A stretch of DNA of 64,000 bases from Candidatus Nomurabacteria bacterium (lineage in GTDB: Bacteria; Patescibacteriota; Minisyncoccia; Phycocordibacterales; UBA9973): contig CP064958.1 in assembly GCA_016699085.1 (NCBI GenBank), positions 196,141 through 260,140 on the forward strand, written 5' to 3'. A model generated the notes under the pieces. The model saw only the letters and a list, made by a program, of their open reading frames with translations, did no database searches and was not told the DNA's origin. Within the stretch, counting starts at the first letter, position 1, and the number at the start of each line of letters is the position of its first letter. The translations under genes and the position numbers were made by a program. This document shows positions 36,745-46,950 of the stretch, in pieces.

Positions 36745-39561
36745 TTAATTTAAAATTTTTGTAATATTACTATAGCTTTGTGGGCAACCACCTACAATAA
36801 CATCAGTATATAGTTTTGAAAAAATATCCGGAATAATCTCATCAGCATGCCCTACTTTATGACCCGTATCAGGCCAATGGGTAAATGTTGATGGAATAAC
36901 AGTCATAATCTGATCAAAAGCACTTTTAACCAATGTGTAGTCAAGTGTAGCATCATCTTCACCATGATAATCATGCATTGGTCCATCGTTCGCATCAAGA
37001 AATGTATTAAGCATTGTCATAGTCACACCTCCTGGATGTCCAGCAGCAGAACAAATCCATGATGGTTCACTCATATTACTCAAACTCACTCGCGCATCGC
37101 TTGTAATCGCTACATTATTCATGTTATTACCAAGCATATCAGCCGTAAATGAAGTAAGTCCACCTGCCGAGGTACCTGTTGCCACAATTCGATTTTTATC
37201 AAAATTATAAAGTCCAGCATTCGCGCGAGCCCATCGCACCGCAGCTGCAAGATCGGTGCCTGCTAAAATTTGATTGGCATTATTAAAATTACCGCCACCT
37301 GCACCTCGATAGTTTATCGATGCACATGCCCAACCTCGCATGGTGAAATCCTTGCACCAACCACTGTCAGCCTTATCTCCCCCGCCACCATGTAGATTAA
37401 ATGCAAGTGGTAATCGTTCGTTGGATTCATTTGGTGGTAAATATAAATCAAGTTTTAAATCAGAATTATCATTATCTGGAGCTGATGCGTATTGAATATT
37501 AGCTATTTTAGTTACCTCTGCAAATTCATATATTTCATTACAATAACGAATTGACCCGGTATCATTAGTATTACTTGTTACACAATTTGTCGATCCTCCT
37601 ATTCCTACATCATTTTGCCCTTCTTCATTGCCGTCTTCATCAATAATCTGATACACCGTATACTCTTCTATCTCACCACTATTATCTATTGATGGATCCC
37701 ATGTAAGTGTCACGCTAGATGGTGACTGTTCGGTTACTTCAATATCTGTAGGTGGAGTCGGTGGAACTTTATCTTCAATTGATAGCTCTTCACTATCTAG
37801 GCCTTCGATCCTGGTAATACTAAATGGCCTGAGCACTACAGCACTTGTACCGGAAAAAGAAACCGAATCCCCATCAATAATTGGAGTAAAGGCATCGGTA
37901 TTGCGCTCATCGGCACGTCCGTATGTAGAAGAGAGTTTTTGTCCATAGACTTCAGTCAGTGTAATATTCGCACCCGGATCGTTTATTGCCACACCGTCAA
38001 ATGAAATTGCTGAAAGCGGAATACTTTTATTTGACCAGTTAAATATAAAGTAGAGATTTTCACCACTATTTAAATCCGTAAATCCATAAAGTTGCGCCTG
38101 ACCGATCGGTACATCAGCTGGGAAAGTTGGCACCACATCGAGCACATCATGGAATCCGTCGAAGACTGGTTTTATAAGTTTATAAGTAAGACCTACTGCA
38201 TTTAATTTAAGTGCATTTTTTGTGTAATATGAACCATACAGTTCGTCAACAGGAATGGTACTGTCATTGGTATTTGGTTTTGTTTTCGAGACAAGATTTT
38301 TTAAACTACCACTAAAACTCATAAGTGAAGCGCTTTTTACCGCATTGTTGTGGTCATCATTAAATTCAGCGATTTTAAATAGCATTTCTCCCATAGTTGC
38401 AGCATTTGCGAACGTATTCTCAAATGCAGCCGTTGAAAATTCAGGATTGATAGTACTTTGATCATAATTATTTATATTGATCTGCGTGGCACGAAATCCG
38501 CGAGCTGGTCCGAAGTACGAGGTATATGCATCGAGTACATTGGGCACATGCACGTCGAGCATTTCACGTGCACGGTCTCGAAAGCAGGCAAATATATCAA
38601 ATCCTGTCACCTCAGGATTATTGACTGGATCACATACCTCGTCAGTATTTACAAATCCATCGGTCCACAAATACGCACCAATGTCTAGTTTGTCGATATC
38701 AGCAAACGCAGTCCGGATTGCAGCATTCCAATTCGAACTTACACCATAGTCAGCCTGATTTGGATTAGGCACTACTGTGTGAAGTTGAATACGGATATCA
38801 GGATAGTTCTGTTGAATTGCGAGTGCGATTGGATGAACACGAGCAATGAAATGATCAACGTCAGGAAATGCAACTTGGCCGTTTTCTCGTGATGGAGCAT
38901 TGGGGCCACATTCAGAACAAAGCTGGACTCCCTCCACGACAATTCCTTGATCAATAAGTCCCTGGATAGCAGAGAGGCTCTCACTAATTGCAAGATTGAT
39001 ACTTGCCGAATCAACAGGCACTGGTGCTGTCAAACCAACCGCACTTTGTGTAACAACGTTCAAACTATACGTCACCACTGGACGGCGAATATTTTGGGCG
39101 AGATCAATGTATTTATCATAGAAGCGAGTAAACGGATTCCCATTGCTACCATTAAATGTGGTTGAGTAAGACATTTCCGTATCCTTAGTGCCATCGCTAT
39201 TCCAAAATTCGTTTTCTTCAAAAATAAGTCCCATACCTGGTCCGTCGTGGTGAGCGTAGTTAGAAGTTACGCCTGGATGGATACGGAGCATGTTAATACC
39301 AGTATCAGAAAAAATCTTTCGGATATCAGTATTGGAAGTATCAAAAAGCGTGCCCGCGCCCGTATCAAATCCAGTAGAGAGGAGTGACGGCAATACTGCA
39401 CCTTCTTCAATTGGACCTCCAAGATCAATCACCTGAGCACGGTTAAAAAAATTCCTTATACTAGTGTTGAAAACTATAAAAATCCCAAGAGCAACAACAG
39501 CAAGAACTAGTAAAGTAAACTTGATGGCATCGTTATGATGATTTTTTAAAAAGGTAAGCAT
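36745..39561 (-). CDS. Secreted multidomain protein: N-terminal TM anchor, glycoside-hydrolase-like barrel region, FN3, C-terminal alpha/beta-hydrolase (esterase)
   Basis: C-terminal LAFNLHGGGGDKADSGW...YRGAGGG...GTSAGGLTS (HGGG oxyanion and GxSxG). FN3 TDIEVTEQSPSSVTLTWDPSIDNSGEIEEYTVYQ. Start trimmed to MLTFLKN to avoid overlap with the upstream paralog. Confidence 0.5.
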   Translation of the reverse strand: MLTFLKNHHNDAIKFTLLVLAVVALGIFIVFNTSIRNFFNRAQVIDLGGPIEEGAVLPSLLSTGFDTGAGTLFDTSNTDIRKIFSDTGINMLRIHPGVTSNYAHHDGPGMGLIFEENEFWNSDGTKDTEMSYSTTFNGSNGNPFTRFYDKYIDLAQNIRRPVVTYSLNVVTQSAVGLTAPVPVDSASINLAISESLSAIQGLIDQGIVVEGVQLCSECGPNAPSRENGQVAFPDVDHFIARVHPIALAIQQNYPDIRIQLHTVVPNPNQADYGVSSNWNAAIRTAFADIDKLDIGAYLWTDGFVNTDEVCDPVNNPEVTGFDIFACFRDRAREMLDVHVPNVLDAYTSYFGPARGFRATQININNYDQSTINPEFSTAAFENTFANAATMGEMLFKIAEFNDDHNNAVKSASLMSFSGSLKNLVSKTKPNTNDSTIPVDELYGSYYTKNALKLNAVGLTYKLIKPVFDGFHDVLDVVPTFPADVPIGQAQLYGFTDLNSGENLYFIFNWSNKSIPLSAISFDGVAINDPGANITLTEVYGQKLSSTYGRADERNTDAFTPIIDGDSVSFSGTSAVVLRPFSITRIEGLDSEELSIEDKVPPTPPTDIEVTEQSPSSVTLTWDPSIDNSGEIEEYTVYQIIDEDGNEEGQNDVGIGGSTNCVTSNTNDTGSIRYCNEIYEFAEVTKIANIQYASAPDNDNSDLKLDLYLPPNESNERLPLAFNLHGGGGDKADSGWCKDFTMRGWACASINYRGAGGGNFNNANQILAGTDLAAAVRWARANAGLYNFDKNRIVATGTSAGGLTSFTADMLGNNMNNVAITSDARVSLSNMSEPSWICSAAGHPGGVTMTMLNTFLDANDGPMHDYHGEDDATLDYTLVKSAFDQIMTVIPSTFTHWPDTGHKVGHADEIIPDIFSKLYTDVIVGGCPQSYSNITKILN

Positions 39562-39613
39562 GTATTGATAGTATAGCAGTTTCTTATTTTTTTTCGCTAT
39601 AGCAACGCTTGTC

Positions 39614-40783
39614 CTAGTCAATAATATGGGAAAGATTGCTATAACTTTGAGGACAGCTCTCAACTATAAGTTCTTTGTATGCAGTGGGTATCACTATTTT
39701 ATCCATTGCAGCATCTTCTCCTAGTCCATGCCCTGAATCATCAAAACATTTGAAATAACTTGGGATACCAAAGCTTTGCATAATTCCAAGCGCTTCATCA
39801 CCATCATCATTTTGTGAATCATCTGGATCTGAACAGTGCCAACCATGAGTCGTATCTTCACCTCCCAAGAAAAACACAGATGGCGGATCATTGGCATCAA
39901 TATAGTCATAAGCAAAAGGTGCAAGTGGTCCAGACGTACTCGTCACCATACAACTCCATGATGGGACAATACTACTTTGATACATTTGGTTATCTCTGTT
40001 AACTAGTGCATCACTTGATGGGTAAAAAGATGCATCATTAGCCGTAGCCGCAGCGAGCATCGAAGTGATTCCTCCAGCAGAAGTCCCCGCTAGTAGTATT
40101 TTATTTGGGTCAATGCCATATTCACTAGCATGAATTCGGGCAAATCGTATAAGTGCAAGCATATCTGAGGCTGCATGCTTCTGCTCTGACATGGTAAAAC
40201 CCATATTTGTGTGATCAGTTCGATAGTCACCTGAGATGCAAACATAGCCAAGACGGGCAGCTTCATTGCATGGCGCTGCTCCACCTTCAGCTTCTCCTCC
40301 ACCTCCATGCATAAATATTTTAAGTGGACGGTTAGTTACAATATCGGAAAGCGGTGGTGTATACAGATCAAAACTCAAATTATAAGTTTCTGAAAACTCT
40401 CTTGAAATTGGATCTGGTATCTCTGATTGGTCAAAAATCTCATTGCAGTAGCGGAGTGTACCTGGAGTACCAGCCACATCTGGATCACAAATTGGAATTT
40501 CCTCTTCATCTTCGCCAGTAATTTGGTATACCGTATATTCTGCTACATCACCACTATCATCGGATGAAGGATCCCATGAGAGAGTGGCTGATGATGACGT
40601 TGTTGATTGAACAGCAAGATTGGTAGGGATGGATGGTGCAATCAAATCAATCACCTGAGCTGGATTAAAATTATTCCTAAGATTCGTATTAAAAACGATA
40701 AAAACTCCAAGCGCAATAATGGCAACTATAAAGAAAAAGAGTTTAACGACATCGTATTGGGGATTTCGTAGAAAATAAAACAT
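39614..40783 (-). CDS. Secreted FN3 plus alpha/beta-hydrolase (esterase), paralog of the 3' half of 36745-39561
   Basis: Shares the N-terminal anchor (LGVFIVFNTNLRNNFNPAQVIDL), the FN3 (ATLSWDPSSDDSGDVAEYTVYQ), HGGGGEAEGG, GTSAGGITS and the C-terminal CPQSYSN motif with the larger neighbour. Confidence 0.55.
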   Translation of the reverse strand: MFYFLRNPQYDVVKLFFFIVAIIALGVFIVFNTNLRNNFNPAQVIDLIAPSIPTNLAVQSTTSSSATLSWDPSSDDSGDVAEYTVYQITGEDEEEIPICDPDVAGTPGTLRYCNEIFDQSEIPDPISREFSETYNLSFDLYTPPLSDIVTNRPLKIFMHGGGGEAEGGAAPCNEAARLGYVCISGDYRTDHTNMGFTMSEQKHAASDMLALIRFARIHASEYGIDPNKILLAGTSAGGITSMLAAATANDASFYPSSDALVNRDNQMYQSSIVPSWSCMVTSTSGPLAPFAYDYIDANDPPSVFFLGGEDTTHGWHCSDPDDSQNDDGDEALGIMQSFGIPSYFKCFDDSGHGLGEDAAMDKIVIPTAYKELIVESCPQSYSNLSHIID

Positions 40784-40850
40784 CGTAGCTAATGGTATAG
40801 TAGCAAATTAGAAAATGACAAGCAAAAACACGTTACTATACATAGCTATT

Positions 40851-41558
40851 TTATTTTTTCTGATTTTTGTATGAGATATTTTTTTTGATCAGTGATTTTG
40901 CTGACGATGAATGAAGCAATCGCGCATTTGGAATAATACAGTGGCCGCCGATTGGTCCATCGATATGTTTCAAATATGGTCGCAATACTTCGTGTCTGCC
41001 TAATTTTATATAGCCTTCATTGTAGGTTTGATTACCGAGGCGATAGACAACATCGGCATCTAAACCAAGTGCTTTACAATACGTATAGATTTCCTTCTCA
41101 AGTGCAATCAGCACACCATACTGCGTCGTATCCCAAAGTTTCAATGCTTCAGTCGTTTCAGAAAGTGCAGTTGTATAGACATTGATACCTCTATTTTTAA
41201 ATAGCTTGGCTGCCTGCTTCGCATCTTTGCCGCCAAAAAATTTCACAAATGTCTTTATGCCTTTTGCTATATGAGGATGAACTCCTCGCACAGGCGAATG
41301 CACAGCAGCGAGTTTGCGCGATGTACCAACAGAAACAGATGAGTGAATAATCGTTAACGTTGGTTTAAATAATTTCTGATAACTTTTAACATGTCGTATA
41401 AATGTAGGGGTATATGGGATAGCAATATGCATGACATCGTAGTGTTTCCTAGGTGCAACCATATGCTTGTATGGGTCATGGCAATCGCAGGCTAAAACCT
41501 CTTTTAGTGCTTGCCCAACTTCCCCGTATCCAATGACGACTTGAGATCTATATGCCAT
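40851..41558 (-). CDS. NAD(P)-binding Rossmann-fold oxidoreductase, unassigned
   Basis: N-terminal VIGYGEVGQAL glycine-rich loop. 235 aa. Confidence 0.35.
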   Translation of the reverse strand: MAYRSQVVIGYGEVGQALKEVLACDCHDPYKHMVAPRKHYDVMHIAIPYTPTFIRHVKSYQKLFKPTLTIIHSSVSVGTSRKLAAVHSPVRGVHPHIAKGIKTFVKFFGGKDAKQAAKLFKNRGINVYTTALSETTEALKLWDTTQYGVLIALEKEIYTYCKALGLDADVVYRLGNQTYNEGYIKLGRHEVLRPYLKHIDGPIGGHCIIPNARLLHSSSAKSLIKKNISYKNQKK

Positions 41559-41656
41559 AGCAAAAGTATACTATAGTTTTTCTTGCCTGATTACCGAACT
41601 TACCATTGGGTCCACAGACTATATATTCCCTTAGAATAGCTTTTATAGTAAACTTT

Positions 41657-42064
41657 AAAGCAGTAATGGATACATCATTAGATACAAGAAAAATCTTAAT
41701 TGTTGAGGATGAAGAAATCATGCTTAATCTTTTGGGCGATGCACTTGAAAAAAAGGGCTGCGTGGTCTTTAGAGCAAACAATGGTGAGGATGGATTAAAA
41801 CTTGCCTTGAGTGAGAGCCCTGATTTAATTTTGCTCGATATCCTTTTGCCAAAAATTGACGGACTTCAAGTTTTAAAGAAAATCCGTGAAGGAGCTGAAG
41901 CTATAAAGGATGTTCCAGTCATACTCCTAACTAATTTGAATCCTGACAAGGAAGAGATAAACCAAACAATCACCCAAACCTACCCTGCCTACTACCTTGT
42001 CAAGTCCAATTGGAACGTTGATGACGTCATTGATAAAGTCCGCGAGCGACTATCTCGTAAATAA
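41657..42064 (+). CDS. Stand-alone response-regulator receiver domain (CheY-like)
   Basis: KILIVEDEEIM...DLILLDILLPKIDGLQVLKKIR...PVILLT. Start trimmed to MDTSLD. Confidence 0.8.
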   Translation, partial: KAVMDTSLDTRKILIVEDEEIMLNLLGDALEKKGCVVFRANNGEDGLKLALSESPDLILLDILLPKIDGLQVLKKIREGAEAIKDVPVILLTNLNPDKEEINQTITQTYPAYYLVKSNWNVDDVIDKVRERLSRK

Positions 42065-42079
42065 ATATAGTAATTAACT

Positions 42080-42280
42080 CTACTCAGTCGTCGTAGCTTC
42101 AAATGCAGTAACCTCTGCATTTTCTACTTCATAGCTAATGTCGATTGGATGGCAGCAAACTTCACAATCCTCAATATAACTTTGACTACCAGCTGAAAGA
42201 TCTAAAATCACTGATATTTCTTCTCCGCAGTATGGGCAATTAAAAAAGTGCTCTTTGGTTTCCATTCTTGTAGTATACAA
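42080..42280 (-). CDS. CPXCG-motif zinc-ribbon protein
   Basis: FFNCPYCGEEISV...EDCEVCCHPIDI. Confidence 0.55.
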   Translation of the reverse strand: MYTTRMETKEHFFNCPYCGEEISVILDLSAGSQSYIEDCEVCCHPIDISYEVENAEVTAFEATTTE

Positions 42281-42340
42281 TTGATTGCGCAGACAATGTC
42301 ACATTATTGACTTCTGATTCGTCTATTTTAATATAAATCT

Positions 42341-43555
42341 ATGAGCAAATCTTCAAAAAATTTTTCTATAGCATTTTCTTTTGTCGTAATAATACTTACG
42401 CTTTTTGGTATATCACAAACGAGCTTTGCAGCGACTACACAAGCAAAACCATTTGAAGTCACCGGCTGGATTCCCTACTGGAGTATAACTGCAGGCACAA
42501 CCGTAGCAAATAAAAATTTAACTACTTTAACCTCGATATTTCCTTTCGGCTACGGTGTCAACACTGACGGCACCCTTACTGATCTCGCCAAACTCGCTAC
42601 ATCACCTACCTGGGCAAGTCTTAAGATTAATGCCAAGGCTAAACAAGTAAAGTTCATCCCAACTATTACCTGGACTGATGGTACGGCAATCAATCAAATC
42701 CTTTCTGATAAAACCCTTCGAACAAAACATATCGATACTATTGTTTCAATGGTAGAAAATGGCAAATTTGATGGTGTCGATATTGACTATGAGAAGAAGT
42801 TAGCTATAACCAAAGATAACTTCTCTGCGTTTCTAACGGAGCTCAAAACAAAACTTGGCAGTAAAACTCTCGTATGCTCGATCGAAGCACGCACGCCGCT
42901 ATCTTCACTATATCGTGTCATTCCAACAAACATCCAATACGCCAATGACTACAAAGCTATCGGCAAAGCATGCGACAGAGTCGCCATACTCGCCTATGAT
43001 CAAGGCCGCGCAGATTTCGTTTTGAATAATGCCAAAGCTGGCGCACCATATAATCCGATCGCTGATGCTGAGTGGGTAAGAAAAGTAGCAATGCTTGCGA
43101 GTGAATCAATTCCAAAAGAGAAAATTCTTCTCGGTGTTCCAACGTACGGATTTAACTATGAAGTAACGATCGCACCGAACTGGTTCAAGGGTTACAAAAA
43201 GGTCTCTTCTGCTACCGCTTCCTACGCTACTAAAACTGCAACACTCTTTGGCATCACCCCTACTCGCAATAAATCCGGCGAGATGAGTTACTCATTTGCT
43301 TCTGGATCTACACCAAAAGAAGTCGCGACTTATAAGCTACCAAGCACGCTCACCACTGATACCTTTGCCAACCGTGCACTCGCCTATGCTAATGCTACTG
43401 GCAAAACGTTTACCTTTAACACTGTCTGGTGGAGTGATGCTGATGCTATCAAACAGAAAGTAACTCTCGCCAAAGAATTAGGCCTCGCTGGTATCTCTCT
43501 ATTTAAAATCGACGGCAATGAAGATCCAAATATCTGGACTATGCTTGCAAAATAA
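42341..43555 (+). CDS. Secreted glycoside hydrolase family 18-like protein (YaaH/YdhD-type peptidoglycan or chitin hydrolase)
   Basis: Signal peptide. DGVDIDYEKK in the position of the GH18 catalytic motif DGxDxDWE. C-terminal ...[18 protein letters not shown] typical of this subgroup. Confidence 0.55.
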   Translation: MSKSSKNFSIAFSFVVIILTLFGISQTSFAATTQAKPFEVTGWIPYWSITAGTTVANKNLTTLTSIFPFGYGVNTDGTLTDLAKLATSPTWASLKINAKAKQVKFIPTITWTDGTAINQILSDKTLRTKHIDTIVSMVENGKFDGVDIDYEKKLAITKDNFSAFLTELKTKLGSKTLVCSIEARTPLSSLYRVIPTNIQYANDYKAIGKACDRVAILAYDQGRADFVLNNAKAGAPYNPIADAEWVRKVAMLASESIPKEKILLGVPTYGFNYEVTIAPNWFKGYKKVSSATASYATKTATLFGITPTRNKSGEMSYSFASGSTPKEVATYKLPSTLTTDTFANRALAYANATGKTFTFNTVWWSDADAIKQKVTLAKELGLAGISLFKIDGNEDPNIWTMLAK

Positions 43556-43599
43556 TAGCTAGAAGAAAAATGTACTAAATTTTTTACGTATAGGTTTTG

Positions 43600-44148
43600 T
43601 CAAGATTTTTGTTTTATATACACCATCGTGTCATAACCGTGAGTTACTTGATCATTCAGATCAACTCCAAGACTAACCAGAAAATTAAAAAGTTCTTTTT
43701 GCACTATTTCTGCATCAACATCTTCATCCATAATTTTCTCTGCTTCTATAAATGAACCCAGGTCTCTGACTTCATCTAAACAAATTTCGATATCTTGATA
43801 TGTTGTTTTGATTCTCTCTTTGTGAATATAGACTACTTCTTTGTATCCCATGACGAGGAGTGCTGCCTTGAATTCCACAGGGTCAGCTATTTCTGTTTCG
43901 TGCTCTATTGCATCAAATTCATTCTTATTGGGTTGCTTGAGGGTAAAGATAAATTTCCCGTTTGATTCTCGAATTCGTAATATATTTTTACCTGTCTGAA
44001 ATTCATCATACGCACCATAGTTTTGATCTACAAAAGTAATGTCATCTTGGACAACTGGCGCAGATAACGTGCACCCAAGCTCTGTAAGCTTTTCTATAAT
44101 TTTCTCTTTATCTTTTAATTTTGCTTTGACTTCAATTTCTTTTCGCAT
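43600..44148 (-). CDS. CYTH-domain protein (CyaB/thiamine-triphosphatase-like)
   Basis: EIEVKAKL...LRIRE...FTLK...HETEI acidic beta-strand pattern of CYTH. Confidence 0.55.
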   Translation of the reverse strand: MRKEIEVKAKLKDKEKIIEKLTELGCTLSAPVVQDDITFVDQNYGAYDEFQTGKNILRIRESNGKFIFTLKQPNKNEFDAIEHETEIADPVEFKAALLVMGYKEVVYIHKERIKTTYQDIEICLDEVRDLGSFIEAEKIMDEDVDAEIVQKELFNFLVSLGVDLNDQVTHGYDTMVYIKQKS

Positions 44149-44159
44149 ATATTGTTTTT

Positions 44160-44229
44160 GGGATGCCTATTGAGATTTCCCGCGACTCAAAGTTCGTCGC
44201 CACTCATTTTAGTCTAGATACCAGCTCGT
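44160..44229. repeat. Repeat B copy 1: degenerate tRNA-His 3'-end fragment plus 51-bp conserved box
   Basis: GGGATGCCTATTGAGATTT followed by CCCGCGACTCAAAGTTCGTCGCCACTCATTTTAGTCTAGATACCAGCTCGT. The box is identical to 49945-49995. Confidence 0.8.
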
Positions 44230-44247
44230 TTATTTCTGTATTGAAAA

Positions 44248-45504
44248 TTATTTGTTGTTTATAATATCTTCGATTTCCATAAGTCTATTATATTTGCAGA
44301 CTCTCTCAGCACGAACAAGTGATCCCGACTTAATATAGTCACTGGCAAGTCCAACTGCAAGATCGGCAATAAACGTATCTGTCGTGTCACCGGATCGATG
44401 GGATACAAACGGAGACCAGCCCTGCTTTTTTGTCAGCTGAATCGCCTCTATAGTTTCAGTCAACGTGCCAATTTGATTTGGTTTGATAAGCACAGCATTG
44501 ATCGCCTGTTTGTCGATAGCAACTTGTATTCTTTTACTATTTGTCACCGTGAGATCGTCGCCAACGATTTTTATCTTGTCGCCCAATCTTTTTCTCATTT
44601 CGACAAAACCCTCCCAGTCGTCCTCTGCTAGACCATCCTCGATAGAAATAATTGGATGTCTTTCGATCAATTCCTCATACCAATCAATTACTTGATTGGT
44701 TGTTCTATCTGCGCTTTCTCCTGCAATTTTCAATCGGTATATACCATTCTTATAGAAACTCGATGCAGCCGCGTCTATTGCGATCTTAACCTGGTCTAAT
44801 GTGTAGTTAGCAGCTACAATCGCCTCTTCAATAAGTTCCAATGCCTCTTCAGAGGTTGTGAGTCTTGGCGCAAAACCACCTTCGTCGCCGACACTTGTTG
44901 TATAACCCTTAGATTTCAATATCTTTTTCAATGACAAAATGATTTCCCCCGTAGCTTGCACTTTCCGACGGAAAGAATCAAAACCAATGGGAGCAAGCAT
45001 GAATTCCTGAATATCTAAGCCACTATCAGCATGCTTGCCACCATTAATAACATTAAACATTGGTTGTGGAAGTTTAAAGGTCATGGTACTCCCCAGTCCC
45101 CCCAAATATTCGTACAGCTCAACCTTTTGCTCTTCTGCACAAGCACGGGCAAAAGCCAAGGAGACTCCGAGAAGTGCATTTGCACCGAGGCGTGATTTGT
45201 TTTCCGTACCATCTCGCTGAATTAGAGCCATATCGAGACTAGTCTGATCAAAGTCTTTATCTTTGATAGACTCATAAATTTCTGTATTTACATTTTCGAT
45301 AGCTCTAAGTACGCCGAGTCCTCCGTATCTGCTCTGATCGTGATCACGCAATTCAAGAACCTCATGAACTCCAGTACTTGCTCCGGAGGGGACAGATGCC
45401 TTTGCCATCACACCACCGCGCGAGAGTGTACAGCAAACCTCTAACGTTGGATTGCCACGGGAATCGATAATCTCTTTTGCTGTAACTGATTGTATCTTTG
45501 CCAT
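44248..45504 (-). CDS. eno: Enolase
   Basis: MAKIQSVTAKEIIDSRGNPTLEV and full-length enolase signature regions. Confidence 0.93.
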   Translation of the reverse strand: MAKIQSVTAKEIIDSRGNPTLEVCCTLSRGGVMAKASVPSGASTGVHEVLELRDHDQSRYGGLGVLRAIENVNTEIYESIKDKDFDQTSLDMALIQRDGTENKSRLGANALLGVSLAFARACAEEQKVELYEYLGGLGSTMTFKLPQPMFNVINGGKHADSGLDIQEFMLAPIGFDSFRRKVQATGEIILSLKKILKSKGYTTSVGDEGGFAPRLTTSEEALELIEEAIVAANYTLDQVKIAIDAAASSFYKNGIYRLKIAGESADRTTNQVIDWYEELIERHPIISIEDGLAEDDWEGFVEMRKRLGDKIKIVGDDLTVTNSKRIQVAIDKQAINAVLIKPNQIGTLTETIEAIQLTKKQGWSPFVSHRSGDTTDTFIADLAVGLASDYIKSGSLVRAERVCKYNRLMEIEDIINNK

Positions 45505-45505
45505 A

Positions 45506-46318
45506 TTATATGCTTTTCAGTTGGTTAAAAGTGACACTACCAGAGAGATGTTTCTCTGCTTCAATAATAATTTTCTCCATCATTATTACCGCTTCGACTG
45601 GATACTTACCTTTTGCTGTTTCGTCCGAAAGCATAACTGCATCAGCACCCTCGAGTATGGCAGTAGCCACATCGGTCACTTCCGCCCGAGACGGTGTAAG
45701 GTTTTCTACCATAGAAAGAAGCATCTGGGTAGCGACGATGACAGGTTTGCCTGCTTTTCGTGCTTTTTTGATTATCCGATCTTGTATAAACGGTATCTGT
45801 TCGAGAGGCACCTCATTGCCGAGATCGCCACGGGCTATCATAACAGCATCAGCTTCGGCAATAATCTGTTCGAGTGACAGAAGTGCTATAGCTCTTTCTA
45901 TTTTTGCTATTACCATCTGCCTACCTCCAAAACCATGCACCAATCCTCTACATTTTTTTATATCCTCCGGACCAGCGACGAAAGAAACAGCTACGTAGTC
46001 AACAGCATGAAGAGCAGCAAATTTTATGAACTCCTCATCATTGCTCGTAATCGATGAGAGCGCTCGAGAGTCATACGTATGACTCTCATTTTCCTGGACC
46101 CGAGGACCAGGTAAGTCGATGATAATCGGAATTCGCCGACCACATTCTTTTTCGAGTTGTCGTATAAAAGTGATTTGTTCTGCCCATAAGGCGAGATCGC
46201 CCCAGGAAAAGTTAAGTCTCACCACATCTAGCTGGTGACTCACCATCGCCCTTAGGATGTCTGCTTTTTCTGACACCGGACCGAGTGTGACTACAATTTG
46301 TGCTTTGGAATTTGTCAT
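45506..46318 (-). CDS. pyk: Minimal pyruvate kinase (A-domain barrel only; B lid and C-terminal domains absent)
   Basis: KAQIVVTLGP, VRLNFSWG, MIARGDLG, ATQMLLSM, MLSDETAKGKYP. Only 270 aa. The B-domain position is filled by a short linker. Confidence 0.65.
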   Translation of the reverse strand: MTNSKAQIVVTLGPVSEKADILRAMVSHQLDVVRLNFSWGDLALWAEQITFIRQLEKECGRRIPIIIDLPGPRVQENESHTYDSRALSSITSNDEEFIKFAALHAVDYVAVSFVAGPEDIKKCRGLVHGFGGRQMVIAKIERAIALLSLEQIIAEADAVMIARGDLGNEVPLEQIPFIQDRIIKKARKAGKPVIVATQMLLSMVENLTPSRAEVTDVATAILEGADAVMLSDETAKGKYPVEAVIMMEKIIIEAEKHLSGSVTFNQLKSI

Positions 46319-46947
46319 GAGGGTACTTGTGATTCAGTCTGGCGAATCTCCTTGTGTATCATATGGCCAGTCTCGTCAATATCATAAATAAGAATCGAGC
46401 CAAAGGGTATCTCGATATCTGCTATATTCTCGTCGGAAATGTTCTCAATATATTTGACGAGCGTGCGAAGTGAATTACCATGCGCTACGACCAGTATATT
46501 TTTATTTTCCATAACTCGTGGCAAGATTTTTTCTAAAAAATAAGGGACCGCGCGATCATAGACCATCTTAAGCGATTCGCCATTGGGTATGGGATATTCC
46601 CAGCCTCGTCGGAGTTTCTTAAATTCTTCTTCGCCGAGAATCTTCTCCATTTCCCATTTATTCTTTCCTGTATAGTCACCATAATCGCGTTCATTCAAAG
46701 CGGCAGCGTGTTCCGTTGGTACTTTGTATCGCTTACATACATTGAGCATGCATGAAAGTGTCTCAATAGAACGTACGAGCATCGAAGCAAAGGCATAGTC
46801 GATCTCGATATCCTGTATGAGGGATCCCATATCTTCGGATTTATTGAATCCATATTGGTCCAAATGGCGATCACGCAAACCCGTCCATTTGCCGAGCTTG
46901 TTCCATTCTGATTCGTGATGTCGTACCAAGAGAAGTTTGCTTGTCAT
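46315..46947 (-). CDS. gpmA: 2,3-bisphosphoglycerate-dependent phosphoglycerate mutase (histidine phosphatase family)
   Basis: LLLVRHHESEWN (RHG-type variant) and VVAHGNSLR second-His motif. Confidence 0.8.
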   Translation of the reverse strand: MTSKLLLVRHHESEWNKLGKWTGLRDRHLDQYGFNKSEDMGSLIQDIEIDYAFASMLVRSIETLSCMLNVCKRYKVPTEHAAALNERDYGDYTGKNKWEMEKILGEEEFKKLRRGWEYPIPNGESLKMVYDRAVPYFLEKILPRVMENKNILVVAHGNSLRTLVKYIENISDENIADIEIPFGSILIYDIDETGHMIHKEIRQTESQVPS

Positions 46948-46950
46948 AGT

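Noticed and set aside
39614-39663. 50-nt overlap between the two esterase ORFs
   Set aside because: It might suggest a frameshifted single gene, but the downstream ORF has its own hydrophobic N-terminus after an internal Met (MLTFLKN...). Both carry complete domain sets, so they were called as two paralogous genes.
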